The notes under the pieces: generated by a model
The model's input: only the letters and a program-made list of their open reading frames with translations
Database searches by the model: none
Told to the model about the DNA's origin: nothing
Assembly (NCBI GenBank): GCA_002633005.1
Contig: NMRA01000335.1
Coordinates: forward strand, 124,001-188,000
Length of the DNA stretch: 64,000 nucleotides
Source of the DNA: Phoronis australis
Taxonomy: Eukaryota; Animalia; Phoronida
Reading direction: 5' to 3'
Position numbers and translations under genes: made by a program
Shown here: positions 1 to 13,600 of the stretch, one piece after another
Numbering within the stretch: position 1 is the first letter of the stretch
How the letters are laid out: the number at the start of each line of letters is the position of its first letter

Positions 1-240
1 AGTGTTGTCAACGGTAATTATGGCCAAATCTATATTGAAGGGAATGTTGCTCACGTACATGTATATTAGAAATACAACAGAATTGTACAGCAGAAATTCA
101 AAATGACTTACTGTCATTGGTCGTGTTGCGAAGCAAAAGAACACAATTCAAACCCGTTATGAAACAACCCTCTGTCACAAATTTGCGATTTATGCCATAT
201 ACGTCTTAAAAATGGTCTAAACCGTGTATTTTAAATAAGA

Positions 241-321
241 TCACGTGACTTTGGCTAGATTTTACCTAGGTCCTAGCGTAGGTCCTAGCGTAGGTCCTAG
301 CGTTCCTGAACGCAAGCCTGG
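241..321. mobile_element. MITE half with (TAGGTCCTAGCG)n; same family as 9317-9475
   Basis: Near-identical right end: cacgtgactttg...ctagcgt..ctgaacgca.gcctgg. Confidence 0.7.
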
Positions 322-1421
322 ATTTGCAGGCTAAATTATATGCTTTGTACCCTATGATTAAATAACCATGGTTCAAAGGGGTGACCGTTCGCAAATCGTG
401 GGCAAACGTGCAAAGATATTATTAAGCAAAATTCTAGTTATGCTTACAACTTCCTTAAAAGGCACCACAGAAAGGTTATTTTGTTGTTTTCAACAATGTT
501 TCCATAGTGAGCAAAATTAATCGAAGAAGTTTGTTGGTGGATAAATTGTGAGATCGTAGAAGGTACGCAAATTACGGTTATCATGTTTTAAAATTCTACT
601 TAGCAGCAATCAGTCCAACTTTCTTGAGCGCATGCGCTCATATACATTATTAGAGGCGGAGACTTTTAAACTCTATTGAGATGAAATAATTTATATTTTC
701 TTTGTGTATCAAAAAATGAATCTGAGGAGATTTCTTATAGTAATTCTTGCGATATTCAAAGAGACTAACTCTCGCGGTAGCATCCCCAAGAAATAGATTA
801 GCCACGTTATGTTCATTTTTGCGAATTTTCGCGTCCATGCACCTTAAACAAGTCGATAACAGAACGTGATACCACTTTCAAAGTTTTCAAGAAATAGGTA
901 AACATCCTACAATCCTTCAAAGGGCCTTCCCTAATTCAATATTGGATTTTTAGTTTTGTATTAGATACATTTATGACATGAAATAAACGCACTACTGCTA
1001 CTGCTACTGCAATGGCAAAATTTGCAACAGTTTGTGAACTCTTATCTAGCATCCACGGCTTATCGCGTTTACCAATCCCTTGGTTTTAGGATTTATATCA
1101 TTTACCCCGTTTTGTCCACGGTGGCCTCAAATGTGATTGCCGTGGCCGCCAGCATCATAATTTAAGCCTAGCATATTGACTACCAGTGAGTTCTCCACTA
1201 ATTCAAAAGTCCGTACTTACTCGAGTATAGAACAAGTTGATTTCAGTTTTACGAAGGTAAATGGCCTCAATCAAAAAGTTAGACCAATGTTTAAAGGTGG
1301 GTTTTAAGTAACTGCATGACTTGACGTTTAACTCCAATCGCTGTTCAAAGATGGCAACCCAATAAAACTAGCAGGAGCAAACAGACACAGAACACCCAAC
1401 ATTTGCATTGCATTTCAGTAC

Positions 1422-1674
1422 CTGTCATGGTTAAAATATTTTTTGCTTCGTCGACGTAGGTTGTGGAAGGAATTTCCTTTTTGTGCAGAAAGTGCGTCAT
1501 CGCGTTGGTCACGCTGTCCAGGTAATTCATAGACAACATCATTCCCTCGCTATTAACTTGATCGGATTTTCTTGTAAGAGTCTCAACATATGACAGAGTT
1601 TGCTGATATTGGTCGACTGTCTTCAGGTTGTCTTCCGTAAGATTTTTAAGAACCCGAAACAGATTCAATTTGGC
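1422..1674 (-). CDS. Polycystin-1-like exon, helical region after REJ (AKLNLFRVLKNL...ILTMT)
   Basis: tttcag acceptor, G|gtactg donor; phase 0 in, 1 out. Confidence 0.8.
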
Positions 1675-4600
1675 CTGAAATGTAAAAATAACACTGCTTA
1701 TGATGTAACCAGTCGCTACCAAGATTAGAGATTTTCTTTCAACAGTGTTAACAAGTGTTGATATCAAAATAAACCTAATATATGAAATTAAAACTGCTGC
1801 CTTGTACACCTAATGGCAGCCCAATGTCTAGGCAATTACATCGCTCTAGATGCCGCAGGCATACAGGGGCGATAGTAAATCCCCACAAAAAGTTACAAAT
1901 TTCAAGGTACAGGAAACAGAATAAAATGAAACATGCATATATGCACATGGAGTTATAATTAACACATACCATAAGTCTGGAGACGATTCAGTCAAGATAA
2001 TTTGAAAAAATCGATGGAAATCTGTCGCGGTTTGCTCGAGTTTCTATTACCGGGTGCCATTTTGAGGAAGTTTCGTGAAATCACGCATGTTGATGAATAC
2101 AAGGTCCAAGGCACACAAATATTTCACGTGATAGCGTCCCATGCTAAAGTACTTTGCAAGCGTCACGCGCTTCGCTCAGTCTCGTGCTAGGCTTTGCCTA
2201 ACTCACGTGACTCAGTTGAAATACTTTGTGGTTAGCGCGCGCGCGTGGTGAAAAAGTTAACCGTCACCAAAAAGTGGAGTTGGAATTCTTTGCCAAAGTC
2301 ACCTTAATTTTCTTAACCAAGCTTCATCGAAGATATGTGTAGAAGTAGAAAGGACCACGGAAGAAAGTAAGCGCTTTTTAAGTGATAGATTTAAGTGTGA
2401 AATGTATTTTGACGGTGGCTGGATTTGGCCTACCGCCCGTTTAAAATACACGGGACGAAATTTGTACAGAAAGCAATGGGAAGTATTGTAGCCTTTAACC
2501 AGCCAACCGAGGGTCTACGTGTTGCCTACCCAACGTCTGACGTTGACTGAGTCAGTTAATCAACATTTCAGGAAGTTACTCACACCCAATTCAGGATAGC
2601 TGCACTTGACTCACTTCGCTGATTCCAACAGGATGCAAGACAGAAGTCGCCATCAAAACCCAATGCGGTGGAGCCGGCAAAGTCAATCAAGTGCAGAAAA
2701 TGTAAATAATAGTGTCAGGGTCGGTGCCATACTCAAGCACTACTGATCAGGCTCTTTTACCGAGTGCTAAAAGCATTTGAATAGTAGTTGACTAAGACAC
2801 TCGTAATTTATTATAAGCTGGTTTCTGTGTTTTAAAGTAGGCGGTCTTACGAAAGAGGTCCTCGTATAACCTGCCTAAACCGCCAGTCACGTTTGTCGAT
2901 TTGACAGAGTTTATGAGTAATTTCCTCTCTTACTGCTCCAAACTTTTGAGGATTGACAACGTGAAAGGAACATTATTTCGTAGTTTGCATCAGTTAATAG
3001 TCCAACTCCAGGTTTAGTATCCCTTTAAATGATCATACATACGCCACTGGTAGTTTATTCTTAGACAAGGCGCGTTTAGAGCAGAGGGCGAATGGCGTGA
3101 CAGACAGTCAAGCTGCTTCGAAGGGATAATTTTCGTCAGCAGTAGTTTTGGGGTAACTTACCCCTCCAGCAAAACGCCAGTAGTGATGACCCTAGCGACC
3201 GTTCACATTACTGGCGTTTATGTTGCTAGCGAACGTGGTAGTGTTTTAACCAGCATGTGAACTTTACTGAGAAATTCATGTACATGTGCCTCAAACTAAG
3301 TCAAAGAGTTGGCACGTTTAAGAATTCAAATGAAAGCACTCTGACGGAGCAACACTTGGCAAAATTGACTAAAGAAGGGAGTATGACGACGAAGGCAGTG
3401 ACACCATTGAATGCAGCGCCCTCGCCATCATTGAAGATGTTGAGGAAGTTCTCGGTCACACTTCCGTTAGAACCGCCAGCAGCAGTGACAACAGCTAAAA
3501 CGAGGTGATGACGTCACCTTCAATTCTGAGGCCACAACGACGACGTCGCTGGAATAAAACCTATGGTGGGCCGTTGAGGGGAAAGTGTCGCCGTAAAATT
3601 ACGCTCGTAATTACGAGCGTAATTTGAATTGCAGGAGTGTCGCCGTAAAATTACGCTCGTANGCTCGTATTTTTCCGGCGACACTTCCCCCCCAACGGCC
3701 CATGATAGAAACCACTATCAAATCAAATGGTGCAGCAACCCCACTGAAGACAGTCCCGCCAGTTGACGCCCATGACTGGGACTAGGTCAACGACGACGAT
3801 CATAATCACCAAGCAGTTGTAATAGACAACAAAGACACGAATGCGTACATTAGTCTAAAATCGACAAGAAAGAGAGGTGAGGAATTACTAATCAAAAAAC
3901 GAACTGTTTTCGGAAAATCTCGAACCAATGGAGAATGGTGAGTGGAAAACCTGAAACTCGTAGCGCTTCACGAGGTCATTCAACTCCGTCTAAGGACGCC
4001 GAAGCTATGACTCAGTAAAAAGAAATTTGTAAAATATATTATTTTTTAATGAGGTGCAACAATTCACGAGGCAATGAGGAGCAAAAAACTAATTCTTCAA
4101 GTGAATAGAACGACAAATGTACGTGACAAATTGCTCATGAAGACAAATGTAGCCTGTATCGTGCAAAAATAAAACAAACAGTCAAACTCACTTCACGTCA
4201 GCGTAACTAGTAAACAGTGTTTTAGTGTGATGCGGGCAGAGTAGGAGACATGAGACATTCATGGCCGGAAGGAAACCAGAATGGAACTGCATATACATTA
4301 TATACAGGTTGGAAAAATGAAAAGAAAGAGTATCTCTTGACGTTATTCAAAACTTTTAATAATTCTTGATATGCTTACCTGGAGAGCTACCACTCTCGGG
4401 GAGACAACTAGGAAGAGGAAAATTAAATATTTTCTTTATTGAAATATAGTTCATAGGCGGCGCCCCACTGAAATAAGTGGGGGCTATAGCTCCCAGCACC
4501 CTATGGTGCGCCGCCCATGTACATGTATACATATGGCCAAAGGCCCAAACCATAACATATACAATAGTACACTGTCAGGTGCGTTACAGACTGAATAGTA

Positions 4601-7600
4601 AATTGTGTCGCTTGAGAGCAAGGTAACGAATTTCAGATGCGCGGTAACAGGAGTTCTCATGAGACATTAAGATTTAGACTTTTTGTGTTACATTTGATAT
4701 CAGATTGCAAGCCTTCGAAATAAGAGGCACTGACTGACACGCTGGGAAAAAGATCTGTTAGGAAATATGCTTAGTTCGCCACATCCTGATTCATCAATAC
4801 ATCTGAGAAAGTATATACATGTACATGTATGTACATGTGGAGAGAAGTTTCCTTACAAAAATTGCCAAATCACGAGAAGATCTTCAAATCAGGCCTGACT
4901 GAAAAAGCATATCATACGCCGCCGTTACCCCACGAATAGTAGGCATTCCCTGTATTTTGAACCAATATTTTACAGTATTACAGGATACAAAATATTTAGC
5001 AAACGATGGCATTCGACAACACTCTCCCATAACTGCCGAGTTAGAACAAGAACTGCCTACTCCTTGATGTATACATTTTCCAATTGTTCATACTGCTTAA
5101 AGCCCCATATCTCAGCGCCATAACGTCAAATATTTGTAAGACCATCTCGAGTTTCCACGCATGTGCGCAATTTGCCATACATAGCGCGGTATGCTGGGTA
5201 TGCATCAATACTTTCAATCATTAGAAGATTAAAGTAAGAGAGATTCGATCGAATGCCTTTGAGGAATCCACGAAAGCACAGTTATGCTGTATCTGCCACA
5301 CTGCCGCATCAATTATTAGTGACACATAGCTTGAAGTGTAAATACTTGGTCAATCGTAGAGTAGACCTTTCTAAAACCACCTTGAGACTCAGAAAGTTTA
5401 TCATTATTTTCTTTAGTCCTGGAATAAAGACGATTATTCAAAAATCTGGTAAAAATTAATTTTGAAATTAATCGTCACACATGTACATCTTTGCTGCAAG
5501 TGAATTTTTTTTTTGATCTGATAACTTGCACTTGCACCATATTTTACTTTTGAAACCATTTTTGAAAAAAATACTCACAGTACAGGCGAAAAGTATTTAC
5601 ACGAAAAGACCCGGAGTTCCCGGTTATGACGTCACGGTAGAAATATTTTAACCTCGTGAAGGGTAATAAACAGTACACTTAGAAATTAAGGTGGCAAAAT
5701 TCTGTATAGTCATTAACAGTCACCTTTATTGTCAACAGAATTAGATGTTATGACGGGAAGGATATTTTATTCGATTACGCTTTGCCCGTACATATATTAC
5801 AACCTCGTATGAGCTCATTTCTTCTTGGTTACCGTTAAAGAGTTCCCACCATGATCTGTATCTCTTTTCGTAATTTGATTAATTTCTCGTCCTTTACTCC
5901 TGAAATGACGTTTTGGTAGGCAAGAGTTTCGCGCCAATTTATTTTCATTGTAGTCTGACTGTGAGGGCTGTCGAGTCAGTCATTGTTCTACCTCGGTTGT
6001 GATAAGTTCAGTCGTCGTTTGCTTTTGTTTACAAGTCAGTCAACATGCCACGCCGTTGCTGCGTGCCGGAATGTACCCATTATCGTCTCACACGTGATGT
6101 GGGTACCTTGCGTCGCTTTCCGGAGGAAGACACACTTCGCCGTACTTGGCTAGCTCGTTCATGTTAAGAACGCAGCGCTACCCGTCCACGAAACGTACAA
6201 AGCAGTGGACGGTTACCGAGTGTGTGGCAATATTACGACAAAGGTATGTACGCTGAATTGATGAAGGTCCCTGCGAAACAACGCCTGAGGAAGGGTACCA
6301 TACCGTCGCTGTTGATTACCGGCAGTGCCCCGTCGCCAACCCCGAGAAGTGCGTTTTTGAAGCGAGAAGCCTCCCGAGCTGTGGCCACTATATACAGTGA
6401 CTGGAGACACTTCATCTACTTTCACCTGTGCCTCCGAACGTACCCCATTGCGTGCAATTCCGGGAACTAGCAGTGATTCGCCCTGTGCTGTTGTCTCTAA
6501 CCCAGAGCCTGTAAGCAGCCCTGCAGCGATGTTTAGTAGTGGGAGTTAATACAGGCCCTGTTCGACACCCAGTGAAGAGGACAGTTCGTCATCCAATGAA
6601 CAGATCGGTGAGCCTAAGTTTGATAAGTTTAATGTGGACTTGTATTGGAACTATTTAGAAGGTGCCAGGTGTAAAGCGAGGGAGTCACACGGCGGGATCC
6701 AAGCAGTTAGGGTGCTCAGATCACCCTCCAGTGGGAGTGTGTCGCGGGACACTCGGACAAGTGGGGAAGTTCTTCCTCTGTACGCGAGACGATAATGAGT
6801 ACACCCTAGTACGCAGCAACAGCTTGGCATGTTGCCTGACTCGTAAGCAAAAGCAAACGACGACCGAACTTATCACAACCGAGGTAGAACAATGACTGAC
6901 TCGACTGCTCTCACAGTCAGCCTACATGAAAAGAAATTGGCGAGAAATTCTTGCCTCCCAAAACGTCACTTCAGGAGTAGACGACGAGTAATTAATTAAA
7001 TTACGAAAAGCAGTAAATAATTGAAAAATATGTTTGGGATAATCAACGAACCTTATTATTGCTAAAAATGACATGAAAAAAGGTTGCCTTCGCCTTTAAG
7101 AGATTTAATAGCCTTTAGTATATATGATGCTAAGAAACAGCCAAAAATTAAAAAATGTATTTCTGTTGTCGGGGTTTGTCGTAATCGGTGGAAGAACGTC
7201 TCTGCCGTTGTTGCTTTTACCGGTGCGACACTGAGCAGTTGTGAGGAAAGTCGGCGGAGAGCCGCCTTTTTCTGACATCAAAAGGTGCGTTTTTGGAGGC
7301 TGTACTTACAACAACTTGATTGAGAACGTCTCTGGGTTCAAATTTCCTAAAAACGTGAAATTGCACAGAAATGGTATCGGTTTGCGCCGCAGGAGAGAAT
7401 GCAATGCCAGAGTGTAGAGTATTCGAGTCGGGAGCCACAATTTGTTTGACAAATTTCAAAGGATCGTCCTTCGACCAAAACACAAAAGCGCCGTTACGAT
7501 GAACGACTCGCCACCTTGTAAAGTGCATTTGTCGGTAAAATTTATATGTTGAGTACACGACTTTAAACCGTCTGGAAACTGATAGCCTGTTTTATTTCAA

Positions 7601-10600
7601 TTATATACCTTTGTTCGAAACATTGTAGTCGACCGATTTGTTGATATTATTGTCTATGTAACTGACAAGGCCAAATACTACATCAAGAGCACCGGAAAGA
7701 TCTCTGGAAACCGTGAGTGAGTGTAGCATTGGATCATCAGGTCCTGCAATTTTAGAGACATCTGCATCTCCAGTGACCTACAAAAGAACAATAAATGCGG
7801 TCCATATTAGACTCACAGTGAGCTGCTAGGAATAACAAGACTAAATCTTGAAAAAATTAAAGGGGTATTTCCGCTGTTTACCTACATGTATAAATGTTGA
7901 CCTTTAACACCTGTCACACCCATCCAACATTTAATTGTTGCCAAATGCCGTCAAAAGCTATGCGTACATCCCGACCGCCACTTTCCAATTGGCATACCGT
8001 AGTAAAGCGTTTCAGCTAACTCCCGTTTAGTCCGTATTCCAGACGATACCGGTTTTCATACAGACGCCTGGTATCAATCTTTCTTTTGTTCATCGCCAGG
8101 CTCAATCTTACGTCCGATGTCCATACTAAAACGCCAATTATCTCACAAGCTGAATGAATTCTTATAGATTATTACCTGTATGTGGCGAAGTCGTTATCTC
8201 CCGTAACTCCTTGAGCACGATTTTGGAGAATTATCGCCACAGGATCGTTAGCCACGAGCCCGATAATTCTCCAAAATCCTCTCGCGCTCTAGCTAAGGGG
8301 ACGAGGATAACCTGTAATAATCTGGTTATACCACATACTGAATGCTAAACATTACAATGAATCAATCTCCCTTTCTCGACGCTCGCCTCGGCTTTGTTTC
8401 TATTTTCTATGCCATAGGCATAGGGTGACATTTTAAGAACGCCGAGTTATTCTTGTTATAATGTTTTTACTCAAAACCAACTAAAAATTTGAACAAAATA
8501 GAAATAAAGTGTATCTTCCGTATAAAATAAGTTTTAAGCAAATAGGCTAGCTTATCATATGCTGAGCTTCCACCGTGAAAATCTACTGAAGTAGATTACC
8601 CCTGGTTACTGAGTATAATGACCACGCCAAAGATTCCCGACGACATGTTACCCACATTTAAACTGGAGATGGAAGATTAACAAGTGAGAAAAAATGACAG
8701 AAAATTTTTACTGAATTAAAATGTCGTTTTTATTGAACGTGTACGTTTTTTCACAGTGTAATCAATCTCGGTACAATGCGGTTTGTTGAACATGGGATTA
8801 TTAAGCGCCCTCATTTAAGTTTTTAATTTTTACGCCAGATGACGCCAGCTGCCGAATAGTTCAGTGGCTAAGGCGACTGCTGACTTAACACGAAACTTGA
8901 GTGAACCGTGTTCGAATCCAGCCTCGGTTTCTCGCCAAAATTTTAATCAACACGCGTTGATTAACAAATAAACAATGGTTGTTATGTCCATGTCAGACTT
9001 ATTATATGGTATAAGTTAATGTAAACACGCGTCAGTTCATAGCTGTTGTTAACAATGATAACTAATCGAAGCAGCGTTTTGGGTAATTTTTATCGTTCAT
9101 GCTCATATTTTGGTTTTTGTCAGCCAAGATCTGGTATAGTTTTTTTGAAAAGCTAAAGAACGACACGCAAGCAAAGCTAAGCAGGGTTTGGAACGTCGTG
9201 ATTTGCCAAGCAATCAATGAGCAAAACAGAACTAAATATGATTTTGTGACATTATCTACTTAAATACTGAAACATCATGCTGAGTGGTCAGGTTTGAGAG
9301 TTTGATTGTTCAATAACCAGCCTCCCGTTCAGTAACGCTAGGACCTCGCTAAAAAGCAAGACTTCGCGAGATCACGTGTGATATTGCCGTGCACTTTAAA
9401 TGAGAGCACGTGACTTTGACTAGGTTTTAGCTAGGTCCTAGCGTAGGTCCTAGCGTCTACTGAACGCACGCCTGGTGTGTGATATGTTTTTGTGCTAAAA
9501 CATAGTGCACTATACTAAAGAAAAACCTATAACGTACCTTAACATGGAAGAACTCGTACGTAGACGCGCTCATGCTATCTTTAATAGTTAGTTTGACCAG
9601 GAGTTTGAAGTCCAGCCCAGGAATTCCAGGGGGTAGAATAAATGAAAATTTTTCATTCACTTGGGGAATATCTGAAATTAAAATAAAAAACATTTTAATA
9701 TCCTTGTTACAGTTTACTGATGGTTACGTCAGAAAAGATCCATTACTAATCGGCAACACCATGTATTAATTAAAGTGCCGGTCTAGTCTGACCTTTTATT
9801 AAATTCGATTTCACTGTTTTGCATTACAAGTAGCGTTATCCCATGGGCGTATAACTGGAGGTTATGCAAATTGGAGAAGTTAGCAAAATGTACTGTTTTA
9901 CATGCAGTTCGCGGTCAGATTTGAGCTTAAAGGTCTACAATATCTCTTGCATTGCTAACTTAGGGATGAGAATGTGTCGACAATTCGCCCATGTACAGAA
10001 ATGCACGTCATACTTACAAATACAAATAACACTTAATAAACCATGATGAACATATTTCAGCTACTTCAAAAGGCAGGAATACACAGACCCGCTGCAAAAT
10101 TAAGGAGGGGCAGACCGCTAGGACTAACTCGTACGGTCACGACTAAAACACAATCATGTCATATTTAGGGCTAAGGTAAATCAGTACCAAGTTTTCTCCC
10201 GAGACGAGTGACCCGAGTTTTGCCCTCTATGGTCGGGTACAATCAGACTTGACTAGCGTGAGCAAGGCTTCAGGTTTTGAGCCCCAACTTCCAGCAGGAG
10301 CATCTCCGATTCCCAATTTGGTTATGGCTGTCCATTGTCAAATTTTGAATCCGCGCTTTCACAGGCGTGGCAAAGTTGTTTTTGCCTTCGTATATAGGAT
10401 ATACGTTCTAGCAACTTCGAATGAAAAGGTCGTCCAGTTAAAAGAGGAGTTTCATTAATTTGAAGAATGAAAGCTTGGGGACCAGCAAAAAGCGTTCTGC
10501 TTGTGAACCGCTTTCTGGGGAATCTTGACACTCGATATGTTTAGTTTTTGTAATCAAGTTAGGGGCAGCACCATGATCCAGACAGAAATTGCGTAACTTA

Positions 10601-13600
10601 AAGCCCTCAGGAGTGAGAAAACTTCGCAGATTTTCCTTAGGCGCTAACGGTTGCTCCCTCTGGTGACATATTAGATCACCTTGGGAGGTGTAGCAAATAT
10701 GAAGGCACGAGAACGATGAATAACTTAAGTAGGATTTTCGATCCAGAAACAAACTTTTGAAAAACGCAAACTAACTCTGAATCGTAATCATGATCGGAAG
10801 CCAGTGTAATCCACTTGGGCGTTACACAAGTTCTGAAAGGAACACTTTTACCTTCGATACTTTGTGGTCAACGTATAGCGGGTATGAAGGCTAATAATTT
10901 TTACTTGACCAAAGGGAACAATTTGTAGAGGGAAGACCATTATGCCTGTGAGCTGACCAGTGAGCTAAGAGCATGCTTACAAGTTACATTACGACTGGTA
11001 CCCGGCGGGACGTAGTGGTCAGTACAGACAGCCACATGCACACTTTACATGAACGCCAAAACAAGCCTGTTTTCCGAAATGCACGATACGTTTTCCTTCA
11101 TTGGTGTAAATGAACATTCATTTGTTGGAAAGAACAAACAAACGTGGTTTGACTCGTATGTCGGTATAAAAAAACTAATCAATGCATGCCTCGTGTAACA
11201 ATTAGTTACTCACTCTAGTTGACAAACATGATCAAAGAAACTAGGGTCCGTCGTTAAATATCTGCCAATGATTTGCCAAAAACATTACCGTAAATGATTT
11301 TAGACCAAGGTCCTTTTGGATCCACTTGGTATTCCAGAGCATACACAATAGGTTTGTTGACGTCACTGTAGGTAGCTGGACAGAATGCGTAAAATCTTGT
11401 TTTAAACGCCACGCCTTCATCTAAATTCAGGCGACAGCTGCCATTCACGGGAGGCCCATTCAGTTCAAACAAAAGTACTTGCTCTCCTGAAATTCAAACC
11501 AGATGCTCTGACATGGATCGTATGTACTGAAATTTAACGACACCGTGTATATAGTAGCTGTTTCATTTGCAGCAACAGAAAAGGGAAGGAGAGTCGTGAA
11601 GTCAATATTTACGGTTACGCGAGGAAAAGTGCAAGACTATTTTAATTGCTCTTTTACTAGAACTCCTAAAACATTAGAGAACATTAAGAATAGGTAACAA
11701 AGGTTGATATACCAAAGCTGTCATCCGACACCGGGAAATACGCTCTCAAGACAAGAGCATAGCTGAACTTGATATCACTGTCACCAAAATAGTTTTCATC
11801 CAATGATATAAAGGGTGTGTTCAAGCCTGTGGACACTTTGGAAACATCGACAGATACCGGTACCAATTCTTTCACTGTACTATTCGGATTTTCTCTGTAC
11901 AAACTCCATCTGGAAATGGGTAAGAAAAATGGAAAGTTTACCAGCAATATCTAGGTCACATTGCTGTAACCACCCTATCAATGAAACAACGTGTGATGTA
12001 ACATTCGGATAGCCGAAACTGTACTAATTGAATACGAGATGGAGTGCACGTAAAGCACACAACGAATCTTCGAAAGTAAGATGCTTGTCAACATTACCTT
12101 TACCGTTACCATTACCGTAGCCATTACTACTGCCATCACCATTACCATTGTCATCAACATAATATATTTGTTGCTGATACAATTACCATTTGTATTATTA
12201 TAATTACAGGCAGGGCGGTTACTCTTCCCACTACATGTAAAACGAATATATTTTTATCATTTTAAACAGAATCTAAATTTGCTCACCTGTAACGGAATTT
12301 TACGGTTGAAGGAAAATTGGTGATGGTTGAAGAAACCGAAAAAGGTTTTCCTTTGTCTACCTGATGCTGGCAGTTCTTAACACACCTGTGATAAATAGTG
12401 GAACAATGTCAACAGACGATTGGCAAGGAACTGTTATGTTATGAACGTCAATTGACGAAAAGCTTTAAGCTGCATTCCGCCGAGTTAAACCGGTTTCAAA
12501 CGATAATTAAATTAGGCCTCCTAGTCTCATAAATATTCCTTACTGTTATAGTTTTGTTTTGCTGTTACCAAAAGAAACGTCGGAACCGACGATTCTGTCT
12601 TTTTGTTGTGGTTACAGCGCTACAGCTTAATGGCGCATGCATATCTTGTAGCTTTTGTGATACGATAACGGAAACTAGAACTTAAGCGCAGCCTAATATT
12701 TAATAAATAGCCAAGTAGTACACAACTTCATTTTTCACGACATGTTTCGAGGTGCACTTTTCATTCTCATAGGTACAAAACCAGCATGATGCAAAGACCA
12801 AGGTAACAAGTAGGCCATGCAATTGTGAGACATCATAGGTATCTTGGATAGTGCATGCGAGGACAGACTATACATTTAAAGGTAAGGAGGCTTTGTATCT
12901 TCATTGGATAAAAACCCGCCGAATGTGCAAGTGCATCCTTGGAGAGTGAAAATGGCGGCGACGAAGATTAAGAACAGGTTTTAGCGCATACTTGCCCTCA
13001 AGGTCTAATTCATAAAAATTGACTTTTAATTCTCAAAAAACTGATGTCAGAAATTAAAAATGATTAAATAAATCTTACATCAGCGAAAGCACTGCCTCGG
13101 GAATCTGTAGGAAAATACCCATAACTAGCAGTTATGGGCTTTAGCGAAAGCAGTCTCAGAACGCATACGCAAAATTGCTAGTTACTGAAATAATTTTGTT
13201 ATGGATTATTTGTATACTGCGATGCGTTCATAATTACAATTTAAGCTAACCTTTTATCCAGTAACCGTGAAGTGTGAGTCAGTGAATACAGTGACAAGTA
13301 CGCAGAAGAGTTACGGTCCCTACTTAGGACTGTTTCGTGTAACTGGGCACCAGCCTCTAATACATGTAGGCCTTTCCTTGCATCCCACTGTTGAGAACTT
13401 TTTGTTTGGCACTTTGTAGAAAAGTTTCAATAAGTTTAATTCATACGTGACTGTCAACAACAAAATCTTACTCGAGAATGATGACTGGTGGTTTCCGCGG
13501 CGTTACGTCTATCGAGTGCTCCGTCATACAAGTCTTGTTACCAGAGCGCACGTGGATCTCCCAGTCCAAAGATGTTCCGGTATACGTGTCATTCAGGAAA

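Noticed and set aside
112-172. Next polycystin exon (EGCFITGLNC...)
   Set aside because: Splice sites are plausible and phase fits, but there is no recognisable motif or downstream context to test it
7217-7587. Additional polycystin exon(s), including a 37-nt candidate at 7310-7346
   Set aside because: Inclusion breaks the phase needed to reach the 1674 exon, and longer frames hit stops
11978-12160. ORF MLMTMVMVMAVVM...
   Set aside because: Translation of a simple repeat
12735-12778. Hammerhead-like motif on minus strand (GAAAC-AU-GUC)
   Set aside because: CUGANGA box is broken and stem II does not pair; at best a dead relic
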